From assembly GCA_017515965.1 (NCBI GenBank), contig JAFWDW010000008.1, positions 1-41,189 of the forward strand: 41,189 nucleotides of DNA, written 5' to 3'. The stretch is from Lachnospiraceae bacterium. GTDB taxonomy: Bacteria > Bacillota > Clostridia > Lachnospirales > Lachnospiraceae. Both the position numbers and the translations under genes were made by a program. This document shows positions 9,199-17,447 of this stretch, piece by piece. The notes below the pieces were generated by a model. The model worked only from the letters and a program-made list of their open reading frames with translations, ran no database searches and was not told the origin of the DNA. The number at the start of each line of letters is the position of its first letter. Within the stretch, counting starts at the first letter, position 1.

Positions 9199-9269
9199 GC
9201 AGATGTAGTTCATCGGTAGAACTCCAGCTTCCCAAGCTGGCGAGGCGGGTTCGATTCCCGTCATCTGCT
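9199..9269 (+). tRNA. tRNA-Gly (anticodon CCC)
   Basis: Acceptor GCAGATG/CATCTGC, D arm GTTC-ATCGGTA-GAAC, anticodon arm CCAGC-TT[CCC]AA-GCTGG, T arm GCGGG-TTCGATT-CCCGT, discriminator T. Confidence 0.92.
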
Positions 9270-9283
9270 TAAACCCAGCATAA

Positions 9284-9314
9284 AGCCTCCGAAGTGTTTC
9301 GGAGGCTCTTTTTC
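9284..9314 (+). terminator. Intrinsic terminator after tRNA-Gly(CCC)
   Basis: AGCCTCCGAA-gtgt-TTCGGAGGCT (perfect 10 bp) followed by CTTTTTC. Confidence 0.85.
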
Positions 9315-9331
9315 AAAGCAGGAAAGATAAA

Positions 9332-10039
9332 GTGTCGGAAAGAGATGTACGGACAATCAGGCTGATCGGCCAGAGTGCCTTTGATATTTTAAAACAGAGC
9401 AAAGTAGCTGTGTTCGGTGTTGGAGGCGTCGGAGGGCCGGCCGCCGAGGCTCTTGCCAGAAGCGGTATCGGCGCTATCGATCTGATCGACAGGGACGTCG
9501 TGGAAGAGAGTAATATCAACCGTCAAATCGTTGCCGATTATCGGACGATAGGGCGTAAGAAAGTGCAGGTCATGCAGGAGATGGTTTCCCGAATCAACCC
9601 TGACTGCCGTGTCGGCACATATGATCTTTTTTATCTGCCGGAAACAGCAGAGCAGATCGATCTGAGTCACTATGATTATATAATTGATGCGATCGATACC
9701 GTCACGGCAAAGATAGAACTGATTACCCGGGCCGTTTCCTGCGGTGTACCGATCATCAGTTCTATGGGAGCCGGGAACAGACTGCAGGGCAGCGCGTTCA
9801 AAGTCACGGACTTGAGCAAGACTTCGATTGATCCGCTGGCGAAAGTGATGCGCAGGGAACTTGGAAAGAGAGGGATCAAAAACCTGAAAGTAGTTTGTTC
9901 AGGAGAAACACCGGTCAAAGCGGCGGCTTGTGACAGAGAACAGGCCAGAACACCGGGGACAGTCTCGTTTGTTCCACCTGTCGTTGGCTATCTGATGGCG
10001 GGAGAAGTCGTGATAGATCTGATCAGTCATCAGGAGTGA
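9332..10039 (+). CDS. tcdA: tRNA threonylcarbamoyladenosine dehydratase (ThiF/E1-like, TcdA/CsdL family)
   Basis: 235 aa with GTG start. Rossmann motif VFGVGGVGGPAAEALARSGIG, IDRDVVEESNINRQ. Size and motifs match TcdA rather than ThiF/MoeB. Confidence 0.82.
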   Translation: MSERDVRTIRLIGQSAFDILKQSKVAVFGVGGVGGPAAEALARSGIGAIDLIDRDVVEESNINRQIVADYRTIGRKKVQVMQEMVSRINPDCRVGTYDLFYLPETAEQIDLSHYDYIIDAIDTVTAKIELITRAVSCGVPIISSMGAGNRLQGSAFKVTDLSKTSIDPLAKVMRRELGKRGIKNLKVVCSGETPVKAAACDREQARTPGTVSFVPPVVGYLMAGEVVIDLISHQE

Positions 10040-10557
10040 TGAGAATAAGGTAAAAGGATCTCCGGGAGGCTTATGGCAAGCTCATCCCGGTTTTCTTTTG
10101 TCACTTCAATGATGGTTACATCCGGATGGTTTTTAATCGAGTGTATGATCGGCGGGTCTGATGATTCTTTGCGCAACACACCGATGACAGGAATGGATCC
10201 ATCCAGCGTATGCAGTACAGCTTCACAGAACAGAGCGGCTTTTTCTTCCATGACACCGATCTCATCCATGATGATCAGTTCGGTGGCAGGAGTTGGATGC
10301 AGCATGGAACAACCCAGAAGATTAAAGCGTTCAGAAGCCGCGGCCAGATCGCGCGCGCGGCAGTCAAACAGGATATTATCTCTTGACGGCAGATCTCCTC
10401 TTTCAGCAGAAAGCATATGTACATACAAATGCCCATCACCGGACATATGCTTTTGGGTATAGAAACCGGATATGCCGGCATCAATACGGTCGAACCATTT
10501 GCGCAGCAGAGTTGATTTGCCTATTTGTTTTTCGCCTGTAAGAAAAAGATGCTTCAT
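10030..10557 (-). CDS. Small P-loop NTPase (THEP1/PF03266-like)
   Basis: 175 aa. Walker A GEKQIGKST, Walker B IIMDEIG. SD AAGGA 11 nt after the upstream MTase stop, so it is co-transcribed with that gene. Confidence 0.65.
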   Translation of the reverse strand: MKHLFLTGEKQIGKSTLLRKWFDRIDAGISGFYTQKHMSGDGHLYVHMLSAERGDLPSRDNILFDCRARDLAAASERFNLLGCSMLHPTPATELIIMDEIGVMEEKAALFCEAVLHTLDGSIPVIGVLRKESSDPPIIHSIKNHPDVTIIEVTKENRDELAISLPEILLPYSHHS

Positions 10558-10568
10558 ACTATATCCTT

Positions 10569-11303
10569 TTAAATATGATGATACGAAGACATATCAACCG
10601 TCAGGATGGAGAATATGCAGGGACGCTGATAGTAGAAAGGAAACTCATCATCGCTCGTTTCCTGCAGGAGTGATCTAACATAGTTGCGTGTGATCAGGTT
10701 CTTATCTTCACCGCGGGCGTAGAGACGGAAGAAGAGCTCCGCATCTTCCAGGCTGCGCAGGGGTTGGCCGTCCTCTATCGACATATCTTCTTTGGTGAAA
10801 CGCAGGCCCTGTTCCCGCAGATCTTTTAATGCCCAGGCCATGGAATCATGCTCGCGGAGAGCATGACTGACAGAAAAGCGATGGTGATGATCGTTTTTCT
10901 TTAGAATGAAAATACGGTTGTGGCAGCGGGGGCCGGCAATCTGCAGGATCTCCGAAACATTGCCAAAGAAGGAGAAGACCATGCCGTCATAAAGGCCCGG
11001 GATGACTTTTGGATCATAGAGCAGGTCCTCCTGCAGTATGCTGATATTACGGATACCGCGCACAGTGGTTTCTCTCTGCAGTACGGAAAGTGCGAGAGGA
11101 CTGATATCAATGGAAGTTATCTGCTTAAAATGCTCGGAGAGTGCCAGAGATAAAAAGCCCAGACCACATCCGGCATCACACAGGCTGACAGATGATGGGT
11201 CATCAAATTTACCGGCGAGCACACGGGCAATTTGCTGATGAAATGTTGAGCGCTGTACCGAGTCGATGCGAAAGCGTATTTTTTCCGGGTTCCATTCAAA
11301 CAT
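10569..11303 (-). CDS. Class I SAM-dependent methyltransferase, substrate unknown
   Basis: 244 aa. Motif I LCDAGCGLGFLSLAL, motif II-like IDISP. The C-terminal ~100 aa has no motif I recognise. Confidence 0.78.
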   Translation of the reverse strand: MFEWNPEKIRFRIDSVQRSTFHQQIARVLAGKFDDPSSVSLCDAGCGLGFLSLALSEHFKQITSIDISPLALSVLQRETTVRGIRNISILQEDLLYDPKVIPGLYDGMVFSFFGNVSEILQIAGPRCHNRIFILKKNDHHHRFSVSHALREHDSMAWALKDLREQGLRFTKEDMSIEDGQPLRSLEDAELFFRLYARGEDKNLITRNYVRSLLQETSDDEFPFYYQRPCIFSILTVDMSSYHHI

Positions 11304-11367
11304 AGTGATAATGATTCCTGTTCAAGATCGTCACTTCAGGCATATAATCAGAAGCGAATACTTTTGT

Positions 11368-11376
11368 AGTATAACA
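11368..11376 (-). promoter_or_regulatory. Candidate extended -10 promoter for the MTase-NTPase operon
   Basis: The minus strand reads TGTTATACT (TG-n-TATACT) about 60 nt upstream of the MTase ATG. Confidence 0.35.
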
Positions 11377-11404
11377 CGTCCCCGGTGAATTTATAAGTGT
11401 TTTA

Positions 11405-11413
11405 TGGTATAGT
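11405..11413 (+). promoter_or_regulatory. Candidate extended -10 promoter (TGgTATAGT) directly upstream of the MobA-like gene
   Basis: TG at 11405-11406 and TATAGT at 11408-11413. Only 6 nt (TTATAT) separate it from ATG 11420, and there is no SD. Confidence 0.4.
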
Positions 11414-11419
11414 TTATAT

Positions 11420-12040
11420 ATGGATACTAGGCGAAAAATCGGTGCCGTTATTACGGCGGCAGGTATGTCAACGAGGATGGGTGCGCTTAAACAGACACTT
11501 CCTCTGGGCGGGAAGACAATCATCGAGGTGGTTGTCACACATTTCCTGAATGCCGGTGTAGATGAAATTGTCGTTGTCTCCGGTTTCCGGTCTGAAGAAG
11601 TACGTGAGGCACTCAAGGGTTATCCTGTTACGATCGTTGAAAATGCGGATTATGCAACGACGCAGATGTTTGACTCAGTTAAGATTGGACTTAACTGTAT
11701 CAAAGATCAATGTGACCGCTTTTTCTTCACACCTGTCGATGTTCCGGCTTTTAAAGAATCGACATTGCTTGCTGAACTTGCCTCCGATGCGCCTATCGTC
11801 ATTCCGGTATCGCGGGGTGAAAAAGGGCATCCGATCCTGCTGGACGCATCTCTTATACCTGATATCTTGCTTTATGCGGGAGAGAGAGGATTGGAAGGAG
11901 CGCTTCAATCACTATCTGTTGAGAGTGTTTTTTTAGATGTTGAAGACAAGGGCGCGCTTATGGATGCTGATACGCCTAAAGAGTACTTCGAGGTAAGACA
12001 ATACTATGAGAATGAGAGCATAGAGGATCTAAAACCATGA
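11420..12040 (+). CDS. MobA-like NTP transferase (NTP_transf_3; MocA/CobY-class nucleotidyltransferase)
   Basis: 206 aa. N-terminal IGAVITAAGMSTRMGALKQ signature of MobA/MocA-type nucleotidyltransferases, then TPVDVP later. Confidence 0.8.
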   Translation: MDTRRKIGAVITAAGMSTRMGALKQTLPLGGKTIIEVVVTHFLNAGVDEIVVVSGFRSEEVREALKGYPVTIVENADYATTQMFDSVKIGLNCIKDQCDRFFFTPVDVPAFKESTLLAELASDAPIVIPVSRGEKGHPILLDASLIPDILLYAGERGLEGALQSLSVESVFLDVEDKGALMDADTPKEYFEVRQYYENESIEDLKP

Positions 12041-12948
12041 AGCATGTCATGATCTTCGGAGCCGGACAGGCGGGACAGATGGCAGCTGCATGGCTGCCGG
12101 CAGATCAGAAGCTGGACGGTTTCATCGACAATAACGAGAAGCTGCAGGGCAGCATCATCGACGGCATACCGGTGTGCTCACCCGATGAGGCTTTTAGAAA
12201 CAGAGTGCCTGATCGAATCTTGCTGGCCATTATCAACCGGGAGGCGTGTAAGCAGATCAAAGACCGGTTAACAGATGCCGGGTTTACGGGCGAGATCTGT
12301 ACAGTACATGAACTGCGTTCCAAGATCGATATGCGGCTTGCTTCACTCAGACTGCTTGCGAAACAGATAAGAGAGCGGGATGTCCCCGGAAGCATTGCGG
12401 AGCTTGGCGTTTATCAGGGTGCTTTTGCCGCTGAATTGAACAGATTGTTCCCGGAGAGAAGACTCTACCTCTTTGACACATTCGAGGGATTTGCCGAGGA
12501 GGATCTGATTACTGAAAGGAAACTGGGCGGGCGCAACGCTTTTGCTGTTGCAGGAGATTTTTCAGACACCTCAGTAAAGATCGTTCTCGGGAAAATGAGC
12601 GATCCTGCACATGTGTATATTTGTCAGGGACGTTTCCCCGAAAGTCTGGCCCAGGGAGCAGTTTCAGCAAATGGGGACGTAACAGTCACAGCGGATGATT
12701 TGAATACAGAACATTTTGCGGGTGTCAGCCTGGATACGGATCTGTATGAACCGACGATGGCAGGTCTTCGATATTTTTATCCGCGTCTAAATCCCGGCGG
12801 GTTTATTTTGCTGCACGACTATCATTCCACCCAGTACCCGGGGGTGCATCGCGCAGCGGTCGAGTTTTTTAATGAATACGGTCTCTACTGCACACCGATT
12901 CCAGATCTGCACGGAACGGCAGTGATTATCAAAGGACAGTCTCAATGA
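12037..12948 (+). CDS. TylF/MycF-type (macrocin-O-methyltransferase-like) SAM methyltransferase with N-terminal Rossmann-like extension
   Basis: 303 aa. C-terminal ELGVYQGAFAA...LYLFDTFEGF...DTDLYEPT...GGFILLHDY matches TylF-family motifs. The N-terminal MIFGAGQAGQ...DGFIDNN...GIPV resembles the NeuD/PglD N-domain. ATGA overlap with the upstream gene. Confidence 0.72.
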   Translation: MKHVMIFGAGQAGQMAAAWLPADQKLDGFIDNNEKLQGSIIDGIPVCSPDEAFRNRVPDRILLAIINREACKQIKDRLTDAGFTGEICTVHELRSKIDMRLASLRLLAKQIRERDVPGSIAELGVYQGAFAAELNRLFPERRLYLFDTFEGFAEEDLITERKLGGRNAFAVAGDFSDTSVKIVLGKMSDPAHVYICQGRFPESLAQGAVSANGDVTVTADDLNTEHFAGVSLDTDLYEPTMAGLRYFYPRLNPGGFILLHDYHSTQYPGVHRAAVEFFNEYGLYCTPIPDLHGTAVIIKGQSQ

Positions 12949-14108
12949 CATCATTTAAAAAAACAATTTATCTCATCCGACACGGAGAGATCCAATCTGA
13001 CGGAAAGCGGTGTATCGGCATAACCGATGTGCCTTTGTCTGAATTCGGAAAGACCCAGGCTGGCAGACTCGGCATGTGGATGGCGCGTCAGCTCCTTCAT
13101 GATCCAAAGCCTTTCCACATCTATTCAAGTCCTATTCAGAGATGTCTGGATACAGCCGGTGCCATGGCAAAGCGCAGGTTGTCCGGATCAGGCTCTGTGC
13201 AGGTCTGTGATGATTTCCATGAAGTGAATATGGGTGAATGGGAGAACATGCGCTTCAGTGATATTAAAATGCGCTATCCGAAGACATACCAGAAACGCGG
13301 TGAGAACTTCTGGGACTTTAAAGCACCGGGAGGCGAATCGTTTCAGGAAGCGGGTAACCGCTTTATCGGCGGTCTGAGAGAGATCGCATTATTACCGAAT
13401 GCAGGTAATACCGAAGAAATCTGCTTTGTTGTAGCTCATGTCGGCGTCATCCGGTCAGCGCTCGCATATCTGGGCGAGATCGATCCTGACAGGATCATGG
13501 AAACTATGATCCCTTACGCAAGTGTCACGCAGCTGAACACCGATGTGAGTGATGGTAATGTTAATTTTGATGTACGTTTTATCGGTTCTACTCCGACTGC
13601 CGTACCAAATGACGATGAAATCACTGAACTTTTGGATCGCTATCAGGTTCCTGCACATATAAGGCGCCATATGAAGGGAGTGGCGAATATGGTGCTGGAT
13701 ATCGCTGGTATTCTTGATCCTGACGGAAGCATCTATGACAGAGAGCTGTTGTATGCAGCTGCTATGTTGCATGACTTTGCACGCATTGATCGGTATCATT
13801 CCACGATCGGTGCACTGAAACTGCGCGGCGAGGGATATGAACTGGTTGCAGATATCATCAGCGAACACGACAGTTTGTCCCTCCACAAGGAACTTTCGAT
13901 CAGATATAAGAATCAATACTATCCGTCGGTCGAAGATCTGCTGTACTATGCGGATAAAAGAGTATTGGAGGAGACAGTAGTGTCTCTGGATGAGCGGTTT
14001 GCGTCATCCCGGTTCAAGTGCAGGACACCGGAGGCACGTATGAACCATCAGCGTCGGTATGAGAAAGCTGTCAGAATAGAGCAGGATGTCTTCCGATCTG
14101 ATCAATAA
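12945..14108 (+). CDS. Fusion protein: histidine phosphatase (PGM/CobC-like) N-domain + HD phosphohydrolase C-domain
   Basis: 387 aa. IYLIRHGE (RHG catalytic motif) and VVAHVGVIRS (second His) lie in the first ~220 aa. RRHMKGVANMV...AAMLHDFARID...SEHDS (H...HD...D) lies in the last ~160 aa. ATGA overlap with the upstream gene. Confidence 0.8.
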   Translation: MTSFKKTIYLIRHGEIQSDGKRCIGITDVPLSEFGKTQAGRLGMWMARQLLHDPKPFHIYSSPIQRCLDTAGAMAKRRLSGSGSVQVCDDFHEVNMGEWENMRFSDIKMRYPKTYQKRGENFWDFKAPGGESFQEAGNRFIGGLREIALLPNAGNTEEICFVVAHVGVIRSALAYLGEIDPDRIMETMIPYASVTQLNTDVSDGNVNFDVRFIGSTPTAVPNDDEITELLDRYQVPAHIRRHMKGVANMVLDIAGILDPDGSIYDRELLYAAAMLHDFARIDRYHSTIGALKLRGEGYELVADIISEHDSLSLHKELSIRYKNQYYPSVEDLLYYADKRVLEETVVSLDERFASSRFKCRTPEARMNHQRRYEKAVRIEQDVFRSDQ

Positions 14109-14125
14109 GTATGCAGGAGAGCAAT

Positions 14126-16822
14126 ATGGGTAAAATAATGCTTTTAGACGGGCACAGTCTGATACACAGAGCCTTTTACGGGATGCCCGATTTTACGAAT
14201 GCCGAGGGAACGCATACAGGTGCGGTCTACGGATTTCTGTCTATTTTGTTTATGCTCCTTTCGCAGGAACAGCCGGATGGTCTTATGGTCGCTTTTGATG
14301 TCCATGCTCCCACATTTCGCCATGAGATGTTCAAAGAGTATAAAGGCACACGAAAGCCTATGCTGCCGGAACTGCGCGAGCAGGTTCCTCTCACAAAGGA
14401 GCTTCTGAACGCTATGGGCATCAAGACTGTCGAAAAAGAAGGCTTTGAGGCAGATGATGTGCTGGGCTCACTGGCCGCGCTGTTTGGGGGAAACGGGCAG
14501 GAAGTCCTGATTGTTTCGGGAGATCGGGACCTGCTCCAGTTAGCTGATGAACACACCACGATCTGTATTCCGAAAACCAGAAAAGGTACAACTGTATATG
14601 AGATCTATCATCCGCAGGAGGTGAAGGATCTCTACCATGTCACGCCGATAGAGTTTATCGACGTAAAAGCCCTGATGGGTGATGCGTCGGATAATATTCC
14701 CGGTGTCCCTGGAATCGGTGAAAAGACAGCCACTAATCTGATCGAGCAGTATGGCTCGATCGAAGAGGCCTATGCTCATATTGACGAAGTAAAACCTCCG
14801 CGCGCCCGGAATATGCTGGCCGAGCATTATGATATGGCGCAGATGAGCAAGGTTTTGGCCACGATCAAAAAGGATGTCGATCTGGGGAATGCTGATGATC
14901 TTTACCAGGAGGCACTCCTTGCCGCATCTCCTTCAGAGGATCCGTCAGATGCTCTGTTTACACCCGAAGCAAAATCGATTTTTATCAAACTGAACTTTAA
15001 AAAGTATCTGAACCGTTTTGACAAGATTCAGGAAAGCAGTACGGAAAGCGCACTTCAGACTGAAGCACCACTGCTGATAAAGAATGTGACCGATATCGAG
15101 TCTGCCGATCAGGCGGAAGCATTTATCAGCAGCCTCGATCCGGACAGCGTTCTGGGCATCGCACTTGTCAGAAATACTGAGAACGAACCGTTGTTTGCCT
15201 TGATGCATCAGGCTGTTTATTCGGTTGTTCTGGTACAGGAAAAACAAGCGGCCAGCCTGAGAATTTCAGATAAACTGAGTTTAGAGACGGTGGGAAGCTT
15301 TATCGATCGATGCACGCAAAAAGGCTTAGTTGTCAGCGCGATCCGTTTGAAAGATCTGATGAAAGAGCTGCCTTTGGAACAGAGCGAGCAGTTCTTTGAT
15401 CCTTCCATTGCTGCTTATCTGATCAATCCGCTTCTGAATTCGTATGATGCAGAGGATATGGCTCCGTTTCTAGGCGATGAGATACCTGCACCCGGAATGT
15501 TTTTCAGTGAAGATCATGCTGAATCAGTAACGGTATCTGCGGCATATGCGCTTGCGGCAGCACGGCTTGCGCCTGTGCTGGAAGAGAAACTGAAAGAGAC
15601 AGGGATGTACGACCTTATGCATCAGATCGAGATGCCGCTTGTCTTCACACTTGACCGCATGGAAAAGACTGGTGTTTTGCTGGCTCAGGATGAACTTCGC
15701 GAATACGGCGCGATGCTCAAGGGCAGGATCAACGAGATTCAGGAATCGATTTATGAACAGGCAGGGATGACCTTTAACATCAACTCACCTAAACAGCTGG
15801 GTGAAGTGTTGTTTGACAAGATGGGGATGCCGCATGGGAAAAAGACCAAGACGGGGTACTCTACATCAGCAAAAGTACTGGAAAACCTGGCTGAGGACTA
15901 TCCGTTTGTCAGGAGCATTCTGGAGTACAGGCAGCTTACAAAACTGTCTTCAACTTACGCCGAAGGCCTGACACGCTTTGTCTCAGATGACGGAAGGATT
16001 CACGGGACCTTTAATCAGACAGTGACAGCTACCGGGCGGATCAGCAGTACAGATCCGAATTTGCAAAATATACCGATCAGGGTCGAGCTCGGACGCATGA
16101 TCCGGAAAGCCTTTGTGCCGCGGGAAGGATGTGTCTTTATCGATGCTGACTATTCCCAGGTCGAACTGCGGATTCTGGCCCATCTATCCGGAGACAAAAA
16201 GCTGATCGAAGCATATAAGAACGCGCAGGATATTCACAGGACAACAGCCTCACAGGTGTTCCACATCCCGTTCGATGATGTGACCGAAACACAGAGACGC
16301 AACGCCAAAGCAGTTAATTTTGGAATCGTCTACGGTATCAGTTCGTTCGGGCTGAGTCAGGGACTGAGCATTACGCGCGCTGAGGCTCAGGATTATATCG
16401 AACATTACTTTGAAACCTTCCCGGGCATCAAGAAGTTTCTTGATGAAACGGTTGCCTTTGCAAAATCTAACGGGTATGTGACGACGATGTTCGGCAGACG
16501 CAGACCGATCCCTGAGCTGACGGCAGCTAATTATATGCAGCGCCAGTTCGGTGAGAGAGTGGCGATGAATTCTCCGATACAGGGCACTGCCGCAGATATC
16601 ATGAAGATCGCGATGATCCGCGTTGAAAAAGCTTTGAGCGATGCCGGCCTTAAGGCGAAGATCGTTCTGCAGGTTCACGATGAGCTTCTTGTTGAAGCGC
16701 CGGAGAGCGAGATCGAAGCGGCAGAAAAGATTATCAGAGAACAGATGGAGGGAGCTGCTGACCTGTCGGTAGATCTTAAATGCGATGTCGGAGTCGGGTC
16801 GAACTGGTATGAGGCGCACTAG
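14126..16822 (+). CDS. polA: DNA polymerase I
   Basis: 5'-nuclease domain (LLDGHSLIHRAFY, GDRDLLQL), pol domain motifs DYSQVELRILAH, RRNAKAVNFGIVYG, QVHDEL. I prefer ATG 14126 (SD AGGAGA at 14115-14120) over 14111. Confidence 0.97.
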   Translation: MGKIMLLDGHSLIHRAFYGMPDFTNAEGTHTGAVYGFLSILFMLLSQEQPDGLMVAFDVHAPTFRHEMFKEYKGTRKPMLPELREQVPLTKELLNAMGIKTVEKEGFEADDVLGSLAALFGGNGQEVLIVSGDRDLLQLADEHTTICIPKTRKGTTVYEIYHPQEVKDLYHVTPIEFIDVKALMGDASDNIPGVPGIGEKTATNLIEQYGSIEEAYAHIDEVKPPRARNMLAEHYDMAQMSKVLATIKKDVDLGNADDLYQEALLAASPSEDPSDALFTPEAKSIFIKLNFKKYLNRFDKIQESSTESALQTEAPLLIKNVTDIESADQAEAFISSLDPDSVLGIALVRNTENEPLFALMHQAVYSVVLVQEKQAASLRISDKLSLETVGSFIDRCTQKGLVVSAIRLKDLMKELPLEQSEQFFDPSIAAYLINPLLNSYDAEDMAPFLGDEIPAPGMFFSEDHAESVTVSAAYALAAARLAPVLEEKLKETGMYDLMHQIEMPLVFTLDRMEKTGVLLAQDELREYGAMLKGRINEIQESIYEQAGMTFNINSPKQLGEVLFDKMGMPHGKKTKTGYSTSAKVLENLAEDYPFVRSILEYRQLTKLSSTYAEGLTRFVSDDGRIHGTFNQTVTATGRISSTDPNLQNIPIRVELGRMIRKAFVPREGCVFIDADYSQVELRILAHLSGDKKLIEAYKNAQDIHRTTASQVFHIPFDDVTETQRRNAKAVNFGIVYGISSFGLSQGLSITRAEAQDYIEHYFETFPGIKKFLDETVAFAKSNGYVTTMFGRRRPIPELTAANYMQRQFGERVAMNSPIQGTAADIMKIAMIRVEKALSDAGLKAKIVLQVHDELLVEAPESEIEAAEKIIREQMEGAADLSVDLKCDVGVGSNWYEAH

Positions 16823-16834
16823 GAGATAGAATCC

Positions 16835-17440
16835 ATGTTTGTTTTGGGCGTGACAGGCGGAATAGGAAGCGGGAAGAGTGAGGTGACCGGTTATTTCCTG
16901 GATCATCCTGATGCTTCTGTATGCCAGGCTGACAGCATAGGGGCAGAGCTTCAGAAAAAGGGCGGCCCTGCATACGCTCCGATCGTCCGTGCTTTCGGGG
17001 AAGATATCGTATGCGAAGACGGGACTCTGGATCGCAAAAAACTGGCATCTATTGTCTTTAACGATCCTGAACAGCTTGAAACATTGGATGACATCGTTCA
17101 CCCGCTTGTCGAAAACTACATTCAGAGTAAGATGGTGACATCACGCAAAGAGGGGAAGAGGATCTTTGTCGTAGAGTCAGCTATTCTGATCGAGGTGGGA
17201 TATAAACAGTTTTGTGATGAAGTATGGTTCGTCAAAGCGCCCGAAAGCACCCGGATCAGACGGCTTAAAGAAGCAAGAAACATGACACAGAAACAGGCGT
17301 TAGCTGTCATGAACAGACAGATGTCTGATGCGGAATACGAAAAGAATTGTGATTATACGATTAAGAATAATGCTGACTTAGAGACGCTCTTTAAGAGGAT
17401 CGAGAAACGTCTGCGTCAGCTTCATCTTCTGGAGGATTGA
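16835..17440 (+). CDS. coaE: Dephospho-CoA kinase
   Basis: 201 aa, GVTGGIGSGKS P-loop. polA-coaE linkage is typical of Firmicutes. Confidence 0.93.
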   Translation: MFVLGVTGGIGSGKSEVTGYFLDHPDASVCQADSIGAELQKKGGPAYAPIVRAFGEDIVCEDGTLDRKKLASIVFNDPEQLETLDDIVHPLVENYIQSKMVTSRKEGKRIFVVESAILIEVGYKQFCDEVWFVKAPESTRIRRLKEARNMTQKQALAVMNRQMSDAEYEKNCDYTIKNNADLETLFKRIEKRLRQLHLLED

Positions 17441-17447
17441 GTATCAA

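Noticed and set aside
7492-9314. Possible genomic islet integrated at tRNA-Arg/tRNA-Gly (DUF5688-like gene and HAD gene)
   Set aside because: No integrase, recombinase, transposase or flanking direct repeats of a tRNA 3' end are visible. The region is only about 1.8 kb, and its content (HAD nucleotidase) is housekeeping-like.
16250-17101. 283-aa minus-strand ORF antisense to the polA 3' end and coaE
   Set aside because: Shadow ORF. It spans the polA/coaE junction, has no SD and no motifs, and the sense-strand genes are unambiguous.
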